DNA of 64,000 nt from Balanoglossus misakiensis (lineage: Eukaryota > Animalia > Hemichordata), in contig CM082595.2 in the NCBI GenBank assembly GCA_040954595.2, positions 1,428,635 through 1,492,634 on the forward strand. The letters run 5' to 3'. Below are positions 15,001 to 24,900 of this stretch, in pieces (positions within the stretch are counted from its first letter, which is position 1; every line of letters begins with the position of its first letter). Under the pieces are notes generated by a model. It was given only the letters and a program-made list of their open reading frames with translations. It was not told where the DNA came from and searched no databases. The translations under genes were made by a program, and so were the position numbers.

Positions 15001-16022
15001 TCCGCAAAGTCGAAAAATTGTCATTTCTGGGTGATTTCATGAGCTATAACCCATGATTTTTCTCGAAAAATCACCAAATTTCGAAAATCCGCAAAGTCGA
15101 AAAATTGTCATTTCTGGGTGATTTCATGAGCTATAACCCATGATTTTTCTCGAAAAATCACCAAATTTCGAAAATCCGCAAAGTCGAAAAATTGTCATTT
15201 CTGGGTGATTTCATGAGCTATAACCCATGATTTTTCTCGAAAAATCACCAAATTTCGAAAATCCGCAAAGTCGAAAAATTGTCATTTCTGAGTGATTTCA
15301 TGAGCTATAACCCATGATTTTTCTCGAAAAATCACCAAATTTCGAAAATCCGCAAAGTCGAAAAATTGTCATTTCTGAGTGATTTCATGAGCTATAACCC
15401 ATGATTTTTCTCGAAAAATCACCAAATTTCGAAAATCCGCAAAGTCGAAAAATTGTCATTTCTGGGTGATTTCATGAGCTATAACCCATGGTTTTTCTCA
15501 AAAAATCACCAAATTTCGAAAATCCGCAAAGTCGAAAAATTGTCATTTCTGGGTGATTTCATGAGCTATAACCCATGGTTTTTCTCAAAAAATCACCAAA
15601 TTTCGAAAATCCGCAAAGTCGAAAAATTGTCATTTCTGAGTGATTTCATGAGCTATAACCCATGATTTTTCTCGAAAAATCACCAAATTTCGAAAATCCG
15701 CAAAGTCGAAAAATTGTCATTTCTGGGTGATTTCATGAGCTATAACCCATGATTTTTCTCGAAAAATCACCAAATTTCGAAAATCCGCAAAGTCGAAAAA
15801 TTGTCATTTCTGGGTGATTTCATGAGCTATAACCCATGGTTTTTCTCAAAAAATCACCAAATTTCGAAAATCCGCAAAGTCGAAAAATTGTCATTTCTGG
15901 GTGATTTCATGAGCTATAACGCATGGTTTTTCTCAAAAAACCACCAAATTTCGAAAATCCGCAAAGTCGAAAAATTGTCATTTCTGGGTGATTTCATGAG
16001 CTATAACCCATGGTTTTTCTCA
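1..16022 (+). repeat. 87-bp satellite tandem array, forward arm (subfamily A, about 184 units; runs off the window start)
   Basis: Unit ataacccatgatttttctcgaaaaatcaccaaatttcgaaaatccgcaaagtcgaaaaattgtcatttctgggtgatttcatgagct (87 nt) repeats head-to-tail. Variation is limited to a few recurrent sites (catGA/catGG, ctcG/ctcA, ctgGG/ctgAG/ctgAT). Confidence 0.99.
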
Positions 16023-16036
16023 CCGCATAGTGAATG
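16023..16036. other. Inversion junction of the satellite array (14-nt scrambled linker ccgcatagtgaatg)
   Basis: Forward units end ...ggtttttctca at 16022. Reverse-complement units (agaaatgacaatttttcgac...) start at 16037. Confidence 0.95.
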
Positions 16037-16586
16037 AGAAATGACAATTTTTCGACTTTGCGGATTTTCGAAATTTGGTGATTTTTTGAGAAAAACCATG
16101 GGTTATAGCTCATGAAAATCACCCAGAAATGACAATTTTTCGACTTTGCAGATTTTCGAAATTTGGTGATTTTTCGAGAAAAATCATGGGTTATAGCTCA
16201 TGAAATCACTCAGAAATGACAATTTTTCGACTTTGCGGATTTTCGAAATTTGGTGATTTTTCGAGAAAAATCATGGGTTATAGCTCATGAATCACCCAGA
16301 AATGACAATTTTTCGACTTTGCGGATTTTCGAAATTTGGTGATTTTTCGAGAAAAATCATGGGTTATAGCTCATGAAATCACTCAGAAATGACAATTTTT
16401 CGACTTTGCGGATTTTCGAAATTTGGTGATTTTTTGAGAAAAACCATGGGTTATAGCTCATGAAATCACCCAGAAATGACAATTTTTCGACTTTGCGGAT
16501 TTTCGAAATTTGGTGATTTTTTGAGAAAAACCATGGGTTATAGCTCATGAAATCACCCAGAAATGACAATTTTTCGACTTTGCGGA
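16037..16586 (-). repeat. 87-bp satellite, inverted subfamily A (about 6 units)
   Basis: Near-exact reverse complement of the forward unit (aaatgacaatttttcgactttgcggattttcgaaatttggtg...). Confidence 0.97.
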
Positions 16587-19280
16587 ATTTCAAAATTTGG
16601 CCGATTTTTAAAAAAACCATGGGTTATAGCTCAGGAAAATCATCAAAAAATGAGAATTTTTCGACTTTGCGGAATTTCAAAATTTGGCCGATTTTTAAAA
16701 AAACCATGGGTTATAGCTCAGGAAAATCATCAAAAAATGAGAATTTTTCGCCTTTGCGGAATTTCAAAATTTGGCCGATTTTTGAAAAAACCATGAGTTA
16801 TAGCTCAGGAAAATCATCAAAAAATGAGAATTTTTCGACTTTGCGGAATTTCAAAATTTGGCCGATTTTTGAAAAAACCATGGGTTATAGCTCAGGAAAA
16901 TCATCAAAAAATGAGAATTTTTCGACTTTGCGGAATTTCAAAATTTGGCCGATTTTTGAAAAAACCATGGGTTATAGCTCAGGAAAATCATCAAAAAATG
17001 ACAATTTTTCGACTTTGCGGAATTTCAAAATTTGGCCGATTTTTAAAAAAACCATGGGTTATAGCTCAGGAAAATCATCAAAAAATGAGAATTTTTCGAC
17101 TTTGCGGAATTTCAAAATTTGGCCGATTTTTGAAAAAACCATGGGTTATAGCTCAGGAAAATCATCAAAAAATGAGAATTTTTCGACTGCGGAATTTCAA
17201 AATTTGGCCGATTTTTGAAAAAAATCATGGGTTATAGCTCAAGAAAATCATCAAAAAATGAGAATTTTTCGACTTTGCGGAATTTCAAAATTTGGCCGAT
17301 TTTTGAAAAAACCATGAGTTATAGCTCAGGAAAATCATCAAAAAATGAGAATTTTTCGACTTTGCGGAATTTCAAAATTTGGCCGATTTTTGAAAAAACC
17401 ATGTGTTATAGCTCAGGAAAATCATCAAAAAATGAGAATTTTTCGACTTTGCGGAATTTCAAAATTTGGCCGATTTTTGAAAAAACCATGGGTTATAGCT
17501 CAGGAAAATCATCAAAAAATGACAATTTTTCGACTTTGCGGAATTTCAAAATTTGGCCGATTTTTAAAAAAACCATGGGTTATAGCTCAGGAAAATCATC
17601 AAAAAATGAGAATTTTTCGACTTTGCGGAATTTCAAAATTTGGCCGATTTTTGAAAAAACCATGGGTTATAGCTCAGGAAAATCATCAAAAAATGAGAAT
17701 TTTTCGACTGCGGAATTTCAAAATTTGGCCGATTTTTGAAAAAAATCATGGGTTATAGCTCAAGAAAATCATCAAAAAATGAGAATTTTTCGACTTTGCG
17801 GAATTTCAAAATTTGGCCGATTTTTGAAAAAACCATGGGTTATAGCTCAGGAAAATCATCAAAAAATGAGAATTTTTCGACTTTGCGGAATTTCAAAATT
17901 TGGCCGATTTTTGAAAAAACCATGGGTTATAGCTCAGGAAAATCATCAAAAAATGAGAATTTTTCGACTTTGCGGAATTTCAAAATTTGGCCGATTTTTG
18001 AAAAAACCATGGGTTATAGCTCAGGAAAATCATCAAAAAATGAGAATTTTTCGACTTTGCGGAATTTCAAAATTTGGCCGATTTTTGAAAAAACCATAGG
18101 TTATAGCTCAGGAAAATCATCAAAAAATGAGAATTTTTCGACTTTGCGGAATTTCAAAATTTGGCCTATTTTTAAAAAAACCATGGGTTATAGCTCAGGA
18201 AAATCATCAAAAAATGAGAATTTTTCGACTTTGCGGAATTTCAAAATTTGGCCGATTTTTGAAAAAACCATGGGTTATAGCTCAGGAAAATCATCAAAAA
18301 ATGAGAATTTTTCGACTTTGCGGAATTTCAAAATTTGGCCGATTTTTGAAAAAACCATGGGTTATAGCTCAGGAAAATCATCAAAAAATGAGAATTTTTC
18401 GACTTTGCGGAATTTCAAAATTTGGCCGATTTTTGAAAAAACCATGGGTTATAGCTCAGGAAAATCATCAAAAAATGAGAATTTTTCGACTTTGCGGAAT
18501 TTCAAAATTTGGCCGATTTTTGAAAAAACCATGGGTTATAGCTCAGGAAAATCATCAAAAAATGAGAATTTTTCGACTTTGCGGAATTTCAAAATTTGGC
18601 CGATTTTTGAAAAAACCATGGGTTATAGCTCAGGAAAATCATCAAAAAATGAGAATTTTTCGACTTTGCGGAATTTCAAAATTTGGCCTATTTTTAAAAA
18701 AACCATGGGTTATAGCTCAGGAAAATCATCAAAAAATGAGAATTTTTCGACTTTGCGGAATTTCAAAATTTGGCCGATTTTTGAAAAAACCATGGGTTAT
18801 AGCTCAGGAAAATCATCAAAAAATGAGAATTTTTCGACTTTGCGGAATTTCAAAATTTGGCCGATTTTTGAAAAAACCATGGGTTATAGCTCAGGAAAAT
18901 CATCAAAAAATGAGAATTTTTCGACTTTGCGGAATTTCAAAATTTGGCCGATTTTTAAAAAAACCATGGGTTATAGCTCAGGAAAATCATCAAAAAATGA
19001 GAATTTTTCGACTTTGCGGAATTTCAAAATTTGGCCGATTTTTAAAAAAACCATGGGTTATAGCTCAGGAAAATCATCAAAAAATGAGAATTTTTCGACT
19101 TTGCGGAATTTCAAAATTTGGCCGATTTTTAAAAAAACCATGGGTTATAGCTCAGGAAAATCATCAAAAAATGAGAATTTTTCGACTTTGCGGAATTTCA
19201 AAATTTGGCCGATTTTTGAAAAAACCATGGGTTATAGCTCAGGAAAGTCATCAAAAAATGAGAATTTTTCGACTTTGCGG
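16587..19280 (-). repeat. 87-bp satellite, inverted diverged subfamily B (about 31 units)
   Basis: Unit aaatgagaatttttcgactttgcggaatttcaaaatttggccgatttttgaaaaaaccatgggttatagctcaggaaaatcatcaaa. About a dozen fixed differences from A by eye, same 87-nt period. Confidence 0.97.
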
Positions 19281-19834
19281 ATTTTCGAAAATTTGTCATT
19301 TTTTGAGAAAAACCATGGGTTATAGCTCATGAAAATCACCCAGAAATGAGAATTTTTCGACTTTGCGGATTTTCGAAATTTGGTGATTTTTTGAGAAAAA
19401 CCATGGGTTATAGCTCATGAAAATCACCCAGAAATGACAATTTTTCGACTTTGCGGATTTTCGAAATTTGGTCATTTTTTGAGAAAAACCATGGGTTATA
19501 GCTCATGAAATCACCCAGAAATGACAATTTTTCGACTTTGCGGATTTTCGAAATTTGGTGATTTTTTGAGAAAAACCATGGGTTATAGCTCATGAAAATC
19601 ACCCAGAAATGACAATTTTTCAACTTTGCGGATTTTCGAAATTTGGTCATTTTTTGAGAAAAACCATGGGTTATAGCTCATGAAAATCACCCAGAAATGA
19701 CAATTTTTCGACTTTGCGGATTTTTGAAATTTGGTCATTTTTTGAGAAAAACCATGGGTTATAGCTCATGAAAATCACCCAGAAATGACAACTTTTCGAC
19801 TTTGCGGATTTTCGAAATTTGGTAATTTTTTGAG
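19281..19834 (-). repeat. Terminal inverted satellite units, A-like (mostly 88-bp variant gaaaatcacc / ttggtcatt), about 6 units
   Basis: Return to ggattttcgaaa/cccagaaatgac units. The array stops sharply at ...ggtaattttttgag, followed by cttaa and unique sequence. Confidence 0.95.
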
Positions 19835-20025
19835 CTTAATTGGTCATTCAAGTTGCAGAGGAATTGGTTGTCCTATTTCTGTCCAATCAAAATATTCATT
19901 GCTAACAAATTCATTGCACAACACAACATAGCTTCATACACATTGTTACTTTGAGTCCATTGCTATAAGCAATTTCATGTATGAAAATAATTATAGAGAC
20001 AAGACAAAGTCGTTGAGACTAAAAT

Positions 20026-20031
20026 TTTAAT
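20026..20031 (-). terminator. Candidate vigilin polyadenylation signal (ATTAAA on minus strand)
   Basis: ATTAAA followed on the minus strand by a GT/T-rich tract (ctttgtcttgtctc). This implies a 3' UTR of about 2 kb. Other sites are possible. Confidence 0.45.
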
Positions 20032-20941
20032 AGTCACAATTAATAATCCATTCCACATGTCTGGTACTGAGGCATAAATCCAAGGTGCTAAGTCGTATTA
20101 ACATATCAGTTTTTGTCTTATCCATGGGGTCAGTCCAATATTATATTATGTCTAACTCGTAAAATAAACTTGCAAATATTCAAATCCTGCTGGAATTATT
20201 ACATGTTCATCAAAACAGCAGATTTTTAGTTGATTGCATTTCCGATGAAGATAAACAAACATGGAAGCAGTTCTGGTCACATGATTGATCTTTGCCAATC
20301 AGAGTTGAATAAAAATTCTACAGAAAAAAATATCACTATGCAATTGCTGCATTCGAAAAGATTTTAAACATATGTTATATTTGGTACATAGTTTTTCATA
20401 ATTTGCCATAATATGAAGACAGTACACAACAAAAATAAAAGGAAAAAATCTCCCACATTACATTGAAATTTGATTATAAAATTTGAAATCCTTCACACCA
20501 TGATAGAAATTGCTAACATTTATCAGAGACAATTGCTTAGTGACATAATTCGCAAAAAAAACACCAAAAAGGAAAAATAAGAAAAAAAGAAACATTTATC
20601 CCTTATTTAAAATGGCATAATCTTGGCCATTCTAATCACCTTAAAAGAAGAATTAAGATTCGATTTTGAAATTAATCTCCTTTCTAACCCTTTGATGCCA
20701 AAAGAAAAACACAAAAGTCACTTTCATTTTCATGTTATTTTTCATTGCACATTTTCATCACCCAATTCATTGAAAATCCAATCTTCTGTGGTTTTCTTTC
20801 CTTATAATTTGGTATAATTTGTCTCACCTCAAAGTACTGGAAAAAGAGAAAATATCATGAAACACTGCCACATGTGTATGATATAAAGGTAGGCTAATAA
20901 TTATGCAACCAAGTGACGAACACGTTAGGTCTAGAACTTAT

Positions 20942-21034
20942 TTAACCCTTTCACCACAATGGTTCAGTCCAAACCCATTGTTTTCCATGGTAAGGTTGGA
21001 CCTCTAAAGATAGAACTAGGGGTGAAAGGGTTAA
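20942..21034 (+). mobile_element. piggyBac-like MITE (TTAA-CCCT...AGGG-TTAA), complete copy in the vigilin 3' UTR region
   Basis: ttaaccctttcacc...ggtgaaagggttaa terminal inverted repeats with TTAA on both sides; 85-bp body. Confidence 0.85.
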
Positions 21035-21772
21035 AGTTTGAAGTGACAGGCTGAATTATCCTCAAGCTCAGAATGACATGAATGTGGCAAGCTAGTCCAG
21101 TCTATGCCTTATCAAAACCCATAAGTGATTATCAATAATCTTGGTCTTAAGAATAATGGTGACATTACATGAGACATGTCAGGACAGGCTGCATACAAGA
21201 AACTCATATTGACATCAAAACAAAAGACAATATTATCCAGTAAATTAGATACATTATTTCATCATTTTAAGATCATAGGGGCAAAAATCACCTGGCTTGA
21301 GACTTGAACTATCACTGGTCTTACTCACATTGTCAAAGACTTCTCTCTGTAATCTTAACCCAACAAATGCAATTGACCAATCAGATGCAAGCTACTCCAA
21401 AAATAGAAGCCCCCTAACCCAGTGGTTGATAGTTCAAGCCAAGTGACAAGCGACTTTTTTCCTTTAAGTGCCTGCAGCCTTGTGATCAACATTCTAAGCA
21501 CTATCCGATTACATGGCCACCAACAGCAAGTCCCTTCTCAAATTTAGTATGGTAAATTTCCTTGTATATTTCCTTGTCCAAACATTGTCACTTAAAATGA
21601 AAATTGCAAGATAGAAGAGTATTAAGAATATTCAGCCACAAATATTTTGGTTTTCAGAAGGGAAAAGTGTTGATGTTTACAAACATATAACAAGCTCATT
21701 TCACCCCTTTCATGGCAGAGTAAGTTCACAAAAAACAGAACAACACAAACCAAACTGATGGTAAATCATACT

Positions 21773-21925
21773 TACTACCTTAAATAGGTTTTTTACTTCA
21801 TGCTAGGGGGTCCAAAATAGTTTGTTACTTCATACTAGGGGGCTCAATCACGTATCGTGAAATCGTGTTGACCACATGAGATTTTTATCACGCACCTAAA
21901 TGGCAAAAACCTATTTAAGGGAGTA
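21773..21925. mobile_element. TA-flanked MITE with about 21-bp TIRs (Tc1/mariner- or Stowaway-like) in the vigilin 3' UTR
   Basis: tactaccttaaataggttttt (from 21773) versus aaaaacctatttaagggagta (to 21925), 1 mismatch. Internal duplicated motif ttacttcat(g/a)ctagggg. Confidence 0.65.
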
Positions 21926-21996
21926 GGAATTTGTTTTGTGCCGATAGTTGTGAGACTCTGAAATGAAAGGGGGGTCCAAAGTCCAAAGTGCCCTTT

Positions 21997-24900
21997 TCAG
22001 GGAAATCGTTTCGATGGCCCCCATGCAACTGGTCCAGATCGGGAACCGGTCTGTGATGGTGTGGCCACCAGACTTGGATATTCCTGAGTACTCGCAGTGT
22101 CTGGAGGATGGTCCCAGGGTGCTTCACGAACTACAAATCCCATTGGAGGCCCACCATGGGCCTGTGGATTATTGTGGTTTGGTCGTTTCACATATTTCTG
22201 TAACATCTCGTTCTCAGTTATATCTTGCATCTGAAAGAAGCAAGCAAACACCTTATGAGTTGCAGTCATTATTTCCCAGTACAGAGGTCCACTGCCATAC
22301 TTTTGTTTCCATGGAAACTTAGTCCAAGTGCTTTTTTCGCAATGTACCAACAACACTTTTTTCTTATCAAGTACATTGAAACGCGGTTCCTGTACATGAA
22401 ATCCTACTTTATATATACATGACTGAAAATGTGCAAAAGGTTGTTCCTTCAAAAACATTTAACTATGACTACGATCCAAGACACACACAAGTACTTACAT
22501 ATTCCTCTTCCTGATTGAGCAAACATTCCCTTGCATCATAGCAATTATCTTCAGGTCCCGTAATGGTCACCAAATCAGGGTCAGGATCGGTTGATCGAGG
22601 GAAACGGATATCCACTTTGAAGCTGTCCATGAGCTTGTGAATTGCTCGACCTTTGCCGCCAATCAAACGTGGATGCACACGTCTATCAATCTTCACTTCT
22701 AGAGTCGTCATATCCTCCTGTAATATAACATATTTGATCATTAACCCTCTCACTACAATGGTTCAGTCCAAACCTATTGTTCTCTATGGTAAGGTTCAAC
22801 TTCAACTTTTTCACAAGCAATCTATCATCATGCTTAAAAATTCTTTGTGTATCTTCATAGCATAAGAGTAATATATTACATCGGAAAACTCTCAAACTTA
22901 CAGTTGCAGACTTGGTATGACAGCATTGTGAATCTCCCAGTAAAACTACCTGTAATGATAGGCTAACAAATTGATTCTCTGAACTCACCAGATCTTGGAC
23001 TATTTTCAATATTGCATCTCTAGCACCAATTGCCTTGTGTTCATATCCAGTAATGGTTATAGTGTCTTCATTTTCTCCTCCTTTCTCTGGAAACTGAATG
23101 TTCACGTCGTGTTCTTGACGAATTTTCGTGATCACCTGGCCTTTCCTTCCGATGATCTTGGGATGGTGCACGGGGGCTACCTGTACACTCAGCTTGAAGC
23201 TACGCAGCATCTGATGAGAGAGAATACATACATCAAGGTTTTAGTTCTATCTGAAAGTTTTTCCCCTGGTCATTGGACTTTTTAATAGCTACAGATCCTT
23301 CTAAGTATAAGTCCACATAAGAACATACCACTAAACTCTTTCACTGTTGTGATCACCGATACACGAATGTGATATTCTCAAGTTAGACGTACGCATAATT
23401 ACGTACAACTCAAACCTCTCCAACCAGAAATAGAGTGACCTACCCTGTCTTCCTTTTCTTTCTCCAACTCTTCCACGCGATTTTGTAGCGCGATTTTGGC
23501 TCTTGTTACATTAGCTGGTGGACCAGTCACTCTGATAGCATTGGATTTCTTATCATGTGGAGGAATGGCAATGTTTACCTGTGGATTCAAATACACATCA
23601 TCAGGGTCAGTACAATGCAACAGTGTACTCATTATACACAAATTTTCCTTTGAAGCTCAGACCATTGTCAACAGATACAACAATAATACAAGACTGAATA
23701 CTACTCTATGTAGTCGTTGAAATACACAGCAATACTGTTCAAAAGAATTAAACTGATACATTCTTTGAATTACTAACCAAATGGAGTGTGAAAATAAATT
23801 CTATACTTTAAGAATTTGTTTCAACTTACTTCATAATCTTCCATCATCTTTCTAACACCGATACCTTTCTGTCCGATGATAAAACGATGCAAATCATAAG
23901 GGACATCAATCTCTTCACTGATTGGGATCAATGCCTGTCAATCACAAAACATAAATATGTGGTATTACTTAGAGGGGGATGGTCGACAATTTCTCAATGC
24001 AGTAAACAATTTCTGTGGTTCTGCGGGTAAGGGAGGTTTCATAGAACTTTTTTTCTACAGTACTAGAGAGCAGATTTTGGCCGAATTAGCAAATGTGCAA
24101 AATGATAAAATTCACCAACCAGGAGGGCTTCTTTGGCTCTTTCACAGTTTTCTTTCTTGCCAGTGATCAAGATGGTATCACATTTCTTGGGTTTTTCTTC
24201 TTCCCCATTTTCAGTGTTTCCATCGCCATTGACAACGGGATCAGCATCAGCGTCACCATTTGCTGTTCAAGTAACAGAGAAATATCAATCTTTGTGGAAT
24301 TTTAACATATGATTCTGTCAGCGCAAAAAGGTTGTATCTGAATATTTTCATATTTTTACAGGACAGTCGAACATCTGATGATGACTCAATCATCTGGCAA
24401 ACATTATTATAATGTCCATTTTCTTTCTGTCACTATGATACTTACTTTGTTCAACATTTGGATTGCGATCTGGGAATTTAATTCCAACTTCACATTCAGC
24501 CGTCACTCCCTGGACTTTGGAACCTTTCGCTCCCATGACTGTCCTGTGATGAATCTGGGCAATTATGCATTCAATAGTCACTTGTGATTCCTGGAGAAAT
24601 TAAAACAAAAGAATACAATGGTGTTATCAACAATGGCGAATTCAGACAGCACAGCAAATCAAAGACATATTTGAAAAACATATTGTACGGTCTGTTAGAA
24701 AATTCACAACACATGAATGTGGTGAATTCAAGTCAAACAAACCACATCACTCTACCTCCTACTATTACACGCAAGTAGATGTAAGCTACCAGCATGCCTT
24801 TGAAACAGAGGCAAAAATCATCTCAGAGATTCGACAGCTAACACTCGCCAAGAAGAATTTACTTCACATAAAGGTAGAGAGCTAAATATTTCTTCTGGTT

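Noticed and set aside
5102-16037. Repetitive ORFs (SYNPWFFSKNHQISKIRKVEKLSFLGDFM)n
   Set aside because: 87 is divisible by 3, so a frame opens wherever the TGA variant becomes TGG. The ORFs are broken at random by indels and have no splice or promoter context.
16547-19332. Long 529-aa and 401-aa overlapping ORFs in subfamily B
   Set aside because: Two frames are open simply because the 87-mer lacks stops in them. Frameshifting variants are tolerated and there is no sign of coding constraint.
1-19834. CRISPR-like array or CENP-B box
   Set aside because: There are no unique spacers and the context is eukaryotic. The TTCG words are not followed by the A..CGGG pattern of a CENP-B box.
20960-21000. 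Similarity of MITE aacccattgttttccatgg to satellite aacccatggtttttc
   Set aside because: Only about 12 AT-rich matching bases; not distinguishable from chance.
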